Shown here: in pieces, positions 16,318 through 25,522 of the stretch
How the letters are laid out: each line of letters begins with the position of its first letter
Position numbering within the stretch: position 1 is the stretch's first letter
Origin: Thermoplasmata archaeon
GTDB taxonomy: Archaea; Thermoplasmatota; E2; UBA202; JdFR-43
DNA: 54,125 nucleotides
Direction of reading: 5' to 3'
NCBI GenBank assembly: GCA_021162065.1
Contig: JAGGZK010000053.1
Coordinates: forward strand, 1-54,125
The notes under the pieces: generated by a model
Seen by the model: the letters and a program-made list of their open reading frames with translations, nothing else
Databases searched by the model: none
Told to the model about the DNA's origin: nothing
Translations under genes and position numbers: made by a program

Positions 16318-16917
16318 TTAATGCATATCTCCCACGGACTCTATTGCCTCCTTCCCGAGCTTGAAGGCCATCGCATTTGCCTCTGCATACCTTTCATGAA
16401 AACTCTCCCTTATTGTTTCCAGCAAGGTTTCTTCCTCTATCGGAAATATACCCAAGGCATGAAATGCGCCCAGCATTACAATGTTCTTTGTCAGTATGCT
16501 CCCCGCCTTTCTCGCCAGTTCATCCGCATTTATTTTTATCAGGGTGCAGTGTTCCTCAATTTCCTCAAAGATTTTCTCCACGGGAGGATAATCGCCAATT
16601 CCAAGGGATATGAGCGGAGGTATTATGGGGTTTACGTCTGTAAGAACCACCCCATCCCTCTTAACCTTATGCAGGTTCCTCAGTGCCTCGAGAGGTTCAA
16701 AGGAAATTATAGCCTCCACACTCTCTCTCCTCACCATGGGGGAGTACACATTACCTATCCTCACATTGCATTCCACATTGCCCCCGCGCTGCGCCATGCC
16801 GTGCAGCTCGGATGTAACAACGTTATGCCCTGCCTTGAGAGATGCCCTGGCCAGTATATTCGCCGCCGTTATAACGCCCTGCCCTCCAACGCCTGCTATA
16901 ATAACGCTCTTCTTCAT
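16318..16917 (-). CDS. iorB: Indolepyruvate:ferredoxin oxidoreductase beta subunit
   Basis: AGVGGQG, ELHGMAQRGG, FEPLEALR; follows iorA. Confidence 0.95.
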   Translation of the reverse strand: MKKSVIIAGVGGQGVITAANILARASLKAGHNVVTSELHGMAQRGGNVECNVRIGNVYSPMVRRESVEAIISFEPLEALRNLHKVKRDGVVLTDVNPIIPPLISLGIGDYPPVEKIFEEIEEHCTLIKINADELARKAGSILTKNIVMLGAFHALGIFPIEEETLLETIRESFHERYAEANAMAFKLGKEAIESVGDMH

Positions 16918-18743
16918 TTTTTCACCTCTATGGCATCAAAGGGACATATCTGCGGGCATACCCCGCAACCCGTGCAAAGCGCCTCATTTATCCTCACATT
17001 TCCCCCCTCATCATGATAGAAGGCGGGGCATGCAAATCTCGTTATACAAACATCGCATTTCCTGCATTTCTCCTGATTTATCTGATATATTTCCCTCTCC
17101 TTCTTTGTCTTACTTTTCAGGAGTATGCATGGCGCCCTTGATATGACCACAGATAACCCCTCAAAATCCATGGCCCTTCTCATCGCTTCCATTGTTTCTT
17201 GGAGATTTCTTGGATCAACGACTTCCACATGCTTTACTCCTATCCCCCTCACCACCTTCTCTATGTCCATGGGTACTGCCTCATACCCCATTCCATCGAG
17301 CAGCGTGCCGGGATGCGGCTGATGGCCTGTCATGGCGGTGGTGAAGTTATCAAGGATGACAACAACAAAATTATGGTTATGATGCACCGCATTAACCAAG
17401 GCAGGCAGGCCAGCATGATAGAAAGTGGAATCACCTATGAATGCCACAACTTTTTGCTCTGTTGAGTAAGCAAATCCGCATCCGCTTCCTATGCTGGAGC
17501 CCATGCAGAGAAGGAAGTCGGCTGTTTTATATGGAGGAAGCAGCCCAAGGGTATAGCACCCTATGTCAGTGGGATATATAGTATCCTTAGGTGCAACCTT
17601 CTTTACCGCATAGTATGTCGCCCTGTGGGGGCATCCCGGGCATAAAACGGGGGGACGAGGGGCTGCCTCTCTAACATCCCCTTCATATTTCCATTCCAGA
17701 TTGAAAAACTCTGCAAGGGTTGCATAAACTATGTCAGGGGTATACTCATAATACCTTTCCAGTTTTCCAAATCCCTTTCCATATATCTCAACGCCTATAT
17801 CATTTCTCTGAGCGATCTCCCTTATTTCCCTCTCCATTATCGGCTCCAGTTCTTCAAGTATTATCACCCTTCTGCACTCCTTCAGAAAATCGATTATTTT
17901 TTTCTCCGGCAGCGGGTAACTCATGCCTATTTTGAAAATTCTGCATTTCAGCCCCATATCATCCACTGCTTCTCTGGCATAGTTGTAGGCTGCACCGGAT
18001 GCTATTATTCCATCCTCTCCTCCAAAATCCTCGATGAAATTGAATCTACTCCCATTGGAGAGTTCCCTTGCCCTCTCCATTTTTTCAAGTAGCATGGGAT
18101 GTAACTTTCTTGCCACCTCTGGCACAGTGACGGTAAGCCCTCCCTTCTCAAATTTTCCCTTCTTGGAAGTCATCTTCAGGGGCTTCAGCTCCACAACCCC
18201 TCTCGCATGGGAGATTCTTGTTGTTGTTCTTAGCAGCACGGGCAGCTCCAGTTTCTCCGAGATTTCAAAGGCCTCGATGGTCATCTCCTTTGCCTCCTGG
18301 GGGCTACTGGGTTCAAGCATCGGAAGGGAGGCAAATCTTGCATAATATCTGTTGTCCTGCTCATTCTGGCTGGAGTGGCAGCTGGGATCATCGGCCGTCA
18401 CTATGACATGCCCTCCCCTGCACCCTATATAGGCGTAGGTCATCAAGGCATCGCTTGCCACATTCACCCCAACATGCTTCATGCATGTCAGAGCGCGCAA
18501 TCCTGCATGGGAGGCGGCGGCTGCAAACTCAAGGGCAACCTTTTCATTCACCGAATACTGAAAATAAAAGGGTGCCTCTCCCTTTTCCCCCATTTTTCTC
18601 GCAACAGCAGAAAGGCTATCTGCTATTTCTGAAGAGGGTGTTCCGGGGTAAGTAGTGGCCACGTCCACATCCGCCTCCAGCGCACCCCTTGCAATTGCTT
18701 CATTTCCCAGCAGGACCTTTTTTCCCTCACCCAACAATTCCAT
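16914..18743 (-). CDS. iorA: Indolepyruvate:ferredoxin oxidoreductase alpha subunit
   Basis: LLGNEAIARG, YPGTPSSEI, SSQNEQD, LCPGCPHR, GDSTF TPP motif, C-terminal 2x[4Fe-4S]. Confidence 0.96.
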   Translation of the reverse strand: MELLGEGKKVLLGNEAIARGALEADVDVATTYPGTPSSEIADSLSAVARKMGEKGEAPFYFQYSVNEKVALEFAAAASHAGLRALTCMKHVGVNVASDALMTYAYIGCRGGHVIVTADDPSCHSSQNEQDNRYYARFASLPMLEPSSPQEAKEMTIEAFEISEKLELPVLLRTTTRISHARGVVELKPLKMTSKKGKFEKGGLTVTVPEVARKLHPMLLEKMERARELSNGSRFNFIEDFGGEDGIIASGAAYNYAREAVDDMGLKCRIFKIGMSYPLPEKKIIDFLKECRRVIILEELEPIMEREIREIAQRNDIGVEIYGKGFGKLERYYEYTPDIVYATLAEFFNLEWKYEGDVREAAPRPPVLCPGCPHRATYYAVKKVAPKDTIYPTDIGCYTLGLLPPYKTADFLLCMGSSIGSGCGFAYSTEQKVVAFIGDSTFYHAGLPALVNAVHHNHNFVVVILDNFTTAMTGHQPHPGTLLDGMGYEAVPMDIEKVVRGIGVKHVEVVDPRNLQETMEAMRRAMDFEGLSVVISRAPCILLKSKTKKEREIYQINQEKCRKCDVCITRFACPAFYHDEGGNVRINEALCTGCGVCPQICPFDAIEVKK

Positions 18744-18745
18744 TT

Positions 18746-19363
18746 TTATTCCTCCATAATTATTTTTGCATCCACCGCCTTTATTCCGCTTTCGGAAACT
18801 ATCACGGGGTTCAGATCCATCTGCTTTATTCTCATCTCCTCTGCCATTCTTGCCATCTTCATGAGCATGTTTATGACGTCGTCCCTGTTGAGATTCATTC
18901 TGTAGCCGGAGAAGATTTTTCCTGCTTTAAGTTCCGCAAGCATCTCCTCCGCATCTTCTTCATTTATGGGAATCATGCGAAATGCCACATCTCTATATAT
19001 CTCAGTGAAAATGCCACCCATTCCCACCATTATGCATTTTCCGAAGGCATCATCGTCGATAATACCTGCTATGATTTCCACACCTCTTGTCTCCATCTCC
19101 TCCACCATGAACTTCTCGTCAGGAAATTTTTCCTTCAGGGAGCGAAAGGAGGAGAGGAGCATTTCTTTGCTTGTGATGTTGAGGATAACTCCTCCCACAT
19201 CCGTTTTATGGAGAATATTGGGCGATGAAACCTTCAGGACGAGAGGATATCTCAGATCAATATTTTCCAGATCCTCCTCTCTCTCAACCACTCTGAACCT
19301 GGGAACATCTATTCCATAACGGGAAACAAGGGTTTTTGCCTCATGCTCGGCAAGCACTTTCAC
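18746..19363 (-). CDS. acdB: ADP-forming acyl-CoA synthetase beta subunit (ATP-grasp)
   Basis: YPLVLKVSSPNILHKTDVGGV, GMGGIFTE, DLNPV, AVDAKI. Confidence 0.9.
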   Translation of the reverse strand: MKVLAEHEAKTLVSRYGIDVPRFRVVEREEDLENIDLRYPLVLKVSSPNILHKTDVGGVILNITSKEMLLSSFRSLKEKFPDEKFMVEEMETRGVEIIAGIIDDDAFGKCIMVGMGGIFTEIYRDVAFRMIPINEEDAEEMLAELKAGKIFSGYRMNLNRDDVINMLMKMARMAEEMRIKQMDLNPVIVSESGIKAVDAKIIMEE

Positions 19364-19457
19364 GATTTGTTATGCATCCACACTTTTTATTTTTATGGGG
19401 TAATGTTTTGCAATGGCAAAGCGCAACAATATTTATACCTCAATTTAAATCATGAAC

Positions 19458-20867
19458 ATGGACATGGAAACAAAAGTCCTGGACAGAAATGCCGAGTGGT
19501 TTGGAGTAAGCACAGAAACATTAATGGAAAACGCCGGCAGGGCAGTGGCGGAGGAGGCAAAAAAATTGCCATACAAAAAATGGCTTGTTCTATGCGGCAC
19601 GGGCAACAATGGAGGGGACGGCTATGTGGCCGCCCGATACATAAAGAATGCCGTGATTATATATGCGGGAAAGCCCAAAACAACTCTGGCAAGAAAAAAT
19701 TACAGGAGAGCAAGGGCCATGGGAATACCGCTTCTCCCTTACAATAAGGAAATATTGGAGGAGGAAATAAAAAAATGCGATGGCATAATCGATGCCCTTC
19801 TTGGCGTAGGGGTGAAGGGGGAGCTGAGGGAGCCATACAGGGAGATGGTGGAGGTGGTCAACAACGCATCCAAATATGTCATCTCTGTGGATGTTCCATC
19901 CGGCATGGGAGGAAATCTGTTCGTAAAGGCGGATAAAATAGTAACATTTCATTTCGTGAAAAAAGGCATGGAGGAGATATGCAACGACATAGTGGTGGCC
20001 GACATAGGCATCCCGGAGGAGGCGGAGAAATATGTGGGTGCAGGGGATATGCTTTATTATCCAAGACCAAAAAGGGATGCACATAAGGGAGATAACGGCA
20101 TTGTTGCCGTCATAGGCGGTGGGCCCTACACCGGCGCCCCAGCCATGGCCGCCATGGCAGCCCTGCGCAGCGGCTGCGATCTCGTGTATGTGTGCGTCCC
20201 CTCCAGAGTGTGGAGTGTTGTTGCCTCCTTTGCCCCCGAACTCATAGTTAAAGAAATGGATGGAGATCATTTCTCTCCTCGCAACATTGAGGAGATTGAA
20301 GACATTGTGGAGAGGGCTGACACCATACTGGTGGGTCCGGGAATGGGAAAAAATGAGGAAAGCATGGAGGCATGCCGAATGCTGATTAAAAAATACATGG
20401 ACAGGAAATATTTTGTGATAGATGCGGATGCCATTTCAGCAGTGAAGGACATGGAATTCAATGAAAATGTTATAATAACGCCCCATGCGGGAGAATTCAG
20501 AAAACTCACTGGTATATCCCTCCCCGAAGATGTGGAAGGGAGAAAGGAGATTCTCATGGAGGAGGCAAAAAGGAGGAATGCCACCATACTCCTGAAGGGA
20601 CCAACCGACATAATAAGTGATGGAGAAAGGGTGAAGATGAACATTGTGCATAACGAAGCCATGACGGTGGGAGGCACAGGAGATGTGCTTGCGGGGATAG
20701 CATCATGCATGCTTTCCAAAAAAATAGCACCCTTCCATTCCGCCTGCATGGCCGCCTTCGTCAATGGGATGGCAGGAAATATGGCATATGAGGACTATGG
20801 CCATGGAATGGTGGCAGGAGACATAATAGATTACATACCTGATGTCATAGAAAGCTATGCTCCTTAA
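19458..20867 (+). CDS. nnr: Bifunctional NAD(P)H-hydrate epimerase/dehydratase
   Basis: LMENAG, GNNGGDG, DVPSG, TPHAGEF, GGTGDVLAG. Confidence 0.95.
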   Translation: MDMETKVLDRNAEWFGVSTETLMENAGRAVAEEAKKLPYKKWLVLCGTGNNGGDGYVAARYIKNAVIIYAGKPKTTLARKNYRRARAMGIPLLPYNKEILEEEIKKCDGIIDALLGVGVKGELREPYREMVEVVNNASKYVISVDVPSGMGGNLFVKADKIVTFHFVKKGMEEICNDIVVADIGIPEEAEKYVGAGDMLYYPRPKRDAHKGDNGIVAVIGGGPYTGAPAMAAMAALRSGCDLVYVCVPSRVWSVVASFAPELIVKEMDGDHFSPRNIEEIEDIVERADTILVGPGMGKNEESMEACRMLIKKYMDRKYFVIDADAISAVKDMEFNENVIITPHAGEFRKLTGISLPEDVEGRKEILMEEAKRRNATILLKGPTDIISDGERVKMNIVHNEAMTVGGTGDVLAGIASCMLSKKIAPFHSACMAAFVNGMAGNMAYEDYGHGMVAGDIIDYIPDVIESYAP

Positions 20868-21869
20868 TCAGTAGGGAGTTGCCCAGCTCTCATCATCTTT
20901 ATAGAACTCCTCGTTTATCTCCACATCCCCCCTTACCAGAGGTTCTGGCAGTCTCACCGCCTCGATGCGGTAGAGGGCAGACCTGTACCAGTTGTAATCC
21001 ACCCTGCATCCGAGTTTTTTCACTATTGGGAGTTTTTCCTGAAAGGAAAAGAAATTTCTTCCATCGTCCGGATACACCTGAAATCTTCGCCTTATATCTG
21101 TGATAACAAATCCCATTTCATGGAGCATCTGCTGTATTTCATACCATTTCCTTCTGGATGCCTCCAGTGTTGTCAACCCGAAATACCCGGAGGAGCCAAC
21201 TCCTTTAAGAGAGAGAGCAGCTCGGGACAAAAACAATCTTATTCCGGGAATGGTTTCCACAGGGTCGGTAACAAAAACATCGAATTTTCCTCTAAAGGTA
21301 TCATTTTCCCTTCTCACATCCTGAATGTATGCCTCCACGGGAAGAGAATACTCGGAGGCAACCTCATTTATGTAGTTTATTATCCTCTCGTCTATATCAA
21401 CGGCCACCACTTTTTTTGGTTTTCCAGTGAGGGCAAGGGCTATGCTGAATAAGTCATCATCTCCAACAACAAATATGCTTCCGCTGGCATCCCCCCTTTC
21501 CAGTATGAACGCCAGTTTTCGCAGAACTGTCTCCGTCCCTATATATCCTTGGTCAAAGGTCTCCACCGGGAGGGGGCGGTGCTCCACTATTTTCATGAAA
21601 TCCTCCCTCACCTCCTCTGCTATTCCATAGCCGGTGGAATCGCAGTGGGGGCAACGATATTCCTGGAATGCAATCTCCTCCGCGATTTTTTCACCTTTAT
21701 CCGTAAGAGTTACCACACCATCCCTTACCCTTACAATCCCGTCCCTCTCCATTTTTTCCATTATGCCAAAAAATTCTGGAAGGGAGGCATCCTGAAAATC
21801 TATGAGGTGCCATATGGATGAGGGACCGCGGAAAAGAAGGGATAATATCTGTCTCTCAATCCTGTCCAT
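20868..21869 (-). CDS. bpsA: Branched-chain polyamine synthase
   Basis: RPLPVETFDQG, VGDDDL, FVTDPVET, GYFGLT, DDESWATP; downstream of SAM decarboxylase. Confidence 0.9.
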   Translation of the reverse strand: MDRIERQILSLLFRGPSSIWHLIDFQDASLPEFFGIMEKMERDGIVRVRDGVVTLTDKGEKIAEEIAFQEYRCPHCDSTGYGIAEEVREDFMKIVEHRPLPVETFDQGYIGTETVLRKLAFILERGDASGSIFVVGDDDLFSIALALTGKPKKVVAVDIDERIINYINEVASEYSLPVEAYIQDVRRENDTFRGKFDVFVTDPVETIPGIRLFLSRAALSLKGVGSSGYFGLTTLEASRRKWYEIQQMLHEMGFVITDIRRRFQVYPDDGRNFFSFQEKLPIVKKLGCRVDYNWYRSALYRIEAVRLPEPLVRGDVEINEEFYKDDESWATPY

Positions 21870-21870
21870 T

Positions 21871-22212
21871 TTAGCCTCTGTCGAGCACGTAGTGCCTGTA
21901 CGATTCTGGAGCGAAATATTTAAGGAATGACTGAAATGCCACCTCGGCCTGATGGGGATCGCCGCATGTGAAAACATCGAGATTGACAAGGCCATATTCG
22001 GGCCAGGTGTGAAGGGAGATGTGTGACTCTGATATTAGAACAACACAGGTAACACCATGGGGTTCGAATTGTTTGTATATTGAGCCCACCGCCTCTATCT
22101 TTGCATCCTCTATGACCTTATCAACAATCTCCTTCACCTTCTCCTCCCTGGAGATAAGGTCACCCGAAACACCGTACAATTCCGCTATTATGTGTTTTCC
22201 CAATACTTTCAT
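21871..22212 (-). CDS. speD: S-adenosylmethionine decarboxylase proenzyme
   Basis: GKHIIAELYG, FEPHGVT, SESHISLHTWPE, DVFTCG; arginine decarboxylase paralogy not excluded. Confidence 0.88.
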   Translation of the reverse strand: MKVLGKHIIAELYGVSGDLISREEKVKEIVDKVIEDAKIEAVGSIYKQFEPHGVTCVVLISESHISLHTWPEYGLVNLDVFTCGDPHQAEVAFQSFLKYFAPESYRHYVLDRG

Positions 22213-22218
22213 TGCGAC

Positions 22219-22277
22219 CACCTCCAGCGGGGGTGATTCGCTGCAATACCAGAATTATCTCTGTTCCAGAACCCCCG
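22219..22277 (-). promoter_or_regulatory. Structured 5' leader of speD-bpsA (candidate RNA switch)
   Basis: CGGGGGT/ACCCCCG closing stem with inner stems ending 2 nt before the GGAGGTG SD. Confidence 0.5.
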
Positions 22278-22328
22278 ATTTTTTGTAAATGCTTCCTCTT
22301 TTTAAAATTTTCGGAGTGGCATATTGCA

Positions 22329-22429
22329 TGTTGAGTACGGAGATTTTTTCGCCTATTTATCTTTGCATTCGTCAGTTTCGCCATGCTGTCTGGTGGAACA
22401 GCAAAGCGAAATAATTTCCGTACTCTACA
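22329..22429. repeat. ~100 bp element bounded by imperfect 24 bp inverted repeats
   Basis: 22333-22352 vs 22406-22425 match 18/20, extendable to TGT...ACA ends; inner hairpin TGCTGT/ACAGCA. Confidence 0.7.
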
Positions 22430-22478
22430 GAGTGAAAAATTTTCAAAAAAGTTTTTATTTTGGTTTCCATTTATACAC

Positions 22479-23531
22479 GTGGATCTGACAAATTATGAAA
22501 AAAAGGTATTATACGGCATAACAAAATTTCCAAATGACAATGACCGCCAGATTGCGGAGAAATTCGGCATGAAACAGTCCACAGTGGCAGCGATAAGAAA
22601 AAGATTGAAGGAAGAGGGCTATTACAGGGTGTATGCCATCCCCATGCTGCAGAATTTCGGAGCGGAGTTAATGGCCGTCATCCACACCAACTTCAATCCC
22701 GTTATTCCCCTCACCAAGAGAATATCCATCACTGAGGAAAAGATAGAGGCAGCGGAGGAAATATTTTTCTCCATGGGAGAAGATGATAAGGGCTTTTCCC
22801 TCAGCCTCTCAAAAAATTACACATCCATAGGAAATCTCAACGATATAAGGACAAAAACCTTTGGGGCGCTGGGGCTCCTAGAAAATGAATATCCAAAGGA
22901 GATAATATTTCCATTCTCCATAAGCAAGGTATATCGCTTCTTCGATTTCTCCCATCTCCTTGCAAAAATTTTCAGAATAAAGGAGGAGAAGGGAAAGGTG
23001 GAGGAGTTCTTTGCCCTGAAGAATATCTCCCTTTCCAAAAGAGAGAGGGATGTGCTTTGTGCCATGGTGGAAAATCCGGAGATGCCCTCCAAGGAAATGG
23101 CCGAAATGCTCGGGATAACAAGGCATACAGTGGGGAGGATGAAGAAAAAATTTATGGAAGAGGGTTACATAAAAACCATAGTCATTCCTGACTTTGAAAA
23201 ACTGGGGCTCAAGATTCTTGCCTTCTATGATGTAAGCCTGAATCCCCATACCCCGCCGGATTTTGATAAAGATGAATTAAAGGATCTTCTGTGCGATGAG
23301 GTTATATTTCTGGCGGCACGCCGCTTCGAGTTCGTGGCCATCTCCATGCATACCGACTATGAGATGTACAAGATGTGCAAGACCGAGATAATGCAGAAGA
23401 TAAAGGAGAAGGAGTGGGTATCCATGATCCCCTTTGTGAGAACCTACAGTCTCAACAAGGCAAGGATAATAAAGGATTTCACATTTCCCCCAATAACCAG
23501 AAAACTTGTTCTGGGCGAGGGGCGGGGGTAG
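22479..23531 (+). CDS. Tandem-duplicated Lrp/AsnC-like wHTH transcriptional regulator
   Basis: Two HTH units (DRQIAEKFGMKQSTVAAIRKRL; SKEMAEMLGITRHTVGRMKKKF), each followed by IP.F..LG; GTG start at 22479. Confidence 0.8.
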   Translation: MDLTNYEKKVLYGITKFPNDNDRQIAEKFGMKQSTVAAIRKRLKEEGYYRVYAIPMLQNFGAELMAVIHTNFNPVIPLTKRISITEEKIEAAEEIFFSMGEDDKGFSLSLSKNYTSIGNLNDIRTKTFGALGLLENEYPKEIIFPFSISKVYRFFDFSHLLAKIFRIKEEKGKVEEFFALKNISLSKRERDVLCAMVENPEMPSKEMAEMLGITRHTVGRMKKKFMEEGYIKTIVIPDFEKLGLKILAFYDVSLNPHTPPDFDKDELKDLLCDEVIFLAARRFEFVAISMHTDYEMYKMCKTEIMQKIKEKEWVSMIPFVRTYSLNKARIIKDFTFPPITRKLVLGEGRG

Positions 23532-23604
23532 CCAAGCGGTCAACGGTGCAGGGCTTAGGACCCTGTGGCGCAGGCCTTCGTGGGTTCGAATCCCACCCCC
23601 CGCA
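23522..23604 (+). tRNA. tRNA-Leu(TAG)
   Basis: GCGGGGG/CCCCCGC acceptor stem, CAGGG-CT-TAG-GA-CCCTG anticodon arm, long variable arm, GGTTCGAATCCC. Confidence 0.96.
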
Positions 23605-23635
23605 TGGGTTTATTTATTGTTTCACTATTTTACCC

Positions 23636-24154
23636 ATGGAGGAAATTGCTGAGTTGGTAAAAAACGCCATGGTGCTGAAGAGGGTGGAAAGAAGTGGATG
23701 GAAAAGGGCTGGTATGGCAAAGGTGGAAAGCGTGGCCGAGCATACCTTCATGCTTGCCTTTCTGGCAATGGTGATGGGAGATACATTAAAAATGGATGTG
23801 GAAAAAATGATGAAGATGGCCCTGCTGCATGATCTGGCTGAGGCGATAACGGGGGACATAACACCCCATGAAATGGAGAAGGAAATAAAGCAGGAGATGG
23901 AGAATAAAGCAATGGAAAAATTGCTGGAAAACTTTGAGGATTATCGCAACCTCTGGCATGAATTTATGGACGGAGGTAGTATAGAGGCGAGGATGGTAAG
24001 GGAGATGGATAAGGCAGAGATGGTGATTCAGGCTGGGGAGTATGCCAGAGAATATGGTGTGGAAAAATTCATGGAATTTATTGAGGAAAGAAACAAAGTT
24101 GAGAATCCTTTACTGTTATTCATCATCAATCATTTTCTCGAACCATTGAGATAG
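23636..24154 (+). CDS. HD-domain 5'-deoxynucleotidase (YfbR/HDDC2-like)
   Basis: LKRVERSGW, ESVAEH, HDLAEAITGDI, DKAEM. Confidence 0.9.
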   Translation: MEEIAELVKNAMVLKRVERSGWKRAGMAKVESVAEHTFMLAFLAMVMGDTLKMDVEKMMKMALLHDLAEAITGDITPHEMEKEIKQEMENKAMEKLLENFEDYRNLWHEFMDGGSIEARMVREMDKAEMVIQAGEYAREYGVEKFMEFIEERNKVENPLLLFIINHFLEPLR

Positions 24155-24378
24155 ATTATGGCGGCGAGAATCATATATGCAAACACGGAAAAAATCCAGT
24201 TTCCAAACATTTTTGAGACCACGGAAAGAAACCAGAATAAGGACTGGATTGGAGGGGGTTCATATTCATATTGCAAATCCTGGAAAATGGAGGATAGGTC
24301 TGGAGAAAATATGTAGAGGCTCATGACTACAAAGAATAACAGCAGGATTTCTACCACGATTTTATCTTTGCCCGGCAT
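24130..24378 (-). CDS. Small membrane protein
   Basis: Hydrophobic 82 aa ORF coupled to DUF763 gene. Confidence 0.6.
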   Translation of the reverse strand: MPGKDKIVVEILLLFFVVMSLYIFSPDLSSIFQDLQYEYEPPPIQSLFWFLSVVSKMFGNWIFSVFAYMILAAIIYLNGSRK

Positions 24379-25435
24379 TCTCTTCAGGTATGAATTTTTT
24401 GAGGTTTTTAAGTGCTGTTATTTTTTCCTTTCTCTCCATCTCCGCCTCGTCTATGGCCTGCTGCAGCATTTCCGCCGCTTCATCCATTGCCCTCCTGTTG
24501 ACAGGATACGGAACTCCATCTTTGCCTCCTACTGCAAAGGAATACTTCACGGGGTCCTTCCATGAGGGTGGTCTTCCATAGATGAGATCGGAGATGTACG
24601 CAAGGGCTCTTACGGTGGCTGCCCCCATACCTTTAATGGAGAGCATTTCCTCATAAGTGGACGGCTGTATCTCGTAAACTTCCCTTAGGGCATTCCAGTT
24701 GATTCTTTTGGGCATATGCAGCATTTTAACCCTTCCATCCAGCGTCTGCTGGTACTCCATCAGGGTTTTGAAATCTTTTTCCACCTTCCCCGGCCCTTCC
24801 TTTGCCACATCTATGCTGATTTTTCTCGCCTCCCTGCTTGTTACGGATGTCATGTCCATTGCCATGCCCTTTCTTCCCACTATGGCGGTGTGGGGCTCTT
24901 CAATAAAATCATCTATCTTCCATATCCAATGATAGCGCCTCGCATACCTCGTCTCTGGATTCATCCCCTGCTGCACCACCGCCCATTTCCCATCGGAATT
25001 GAAAAATATGGCATGGTGATATATGCTGTAACCGTCCTGGAGGGCGGCGCTGTCTATCTTTGCGGCCATCCTGCTGGCATACTTTATTGGCTCGGCATCC
25101 ACATCCATCTCCTTTGCCTTTCTCTCTATCTCTTCTATGGTCTGAAAGGCCATTCCCTTACCGCCAGCCCCCATTATTCCATGCTTTTCCATCGCTTCCT
25201 TCAGGGCTGCGGTGGTGACTGTGGTTGTGCCAGAGCTATGCCAGTCATAGCCCAGCACACAGGAAAGGGCCTGAAACCAGTGGGGATCGGAAATCAGCTC
25301 CAGAAATTTTTCCTCCCCATATTCATATACTATTACCCTCCCTATGGCATCGGCAAGCTTTACCATCCTTCTGTACAGCCATCGGGGCGCCTTTCCGTAA
25401 TGGAGAGGAAGATTGGCAACTCCTGTCTTTCCCAC
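24362..25435 (-). CDS. DUF763 family protein
   Basis: LPLHYGKAPRWL, DWHSSGTTT, ARRYHW, FAVGGKDGVPYPV. Confidence 0.92.
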   Translation of the reverse strand: MGKTGVANLPLHYGKAPRWLYRRMVKLADAIGRVIVYEYGEEKFLELISDPHWFQALSCVLGYDWHSSGTTTVTTAALKEAMEKHGIMGAGGKGMAFQTIEEIERKAKEMDVDAEPIKYASRMAAKIDSAALQDGYSIYHHAIFFNSDGKWAVVQQGMNPETRYARRYHWIWKIDDFIEEPHTAIVGRKGMAMDMTSVTSREARKISIDVAKEGPGKVEKDFKTLMEYQQTLDGRVKMLHMPKRINWNALREVYEIQPSTYEEMLSIKGMGAATVRALAYISDLIYGRPPSWKDPVKYSFAVGGKDGVPYPVNRRAMDEAAEMLQQAIDEAEMERKEKITALKNLKKFIPEENAGQR

Positions 25436-25522
25436 AATAATAAAGAGAGGGATGCTATTAAAATTTTAGAGGGGGTGGAGGAAATATAAAACCTTTTTTA
25501 TTTCCCTTTCCATTTCTCTTCA

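Noticed and set aside
21870-21995. 5' extension of bpsA overlapping speD
   Set aside because: Family similarity starts at MDRIERQ (21869), directly after the speD stop.
23522-23604. tRNA-Leu as a second integration site
   Set aside because: No integrase, duplicated tRNA fragment or composition shift nearby.
23375-23635. N-terminal extension of the HD-domain ORF in the ORF track
   Set aside because: It runs through the upstream CDS and tRNA-Leu; the true start is most likely ATG 23636.
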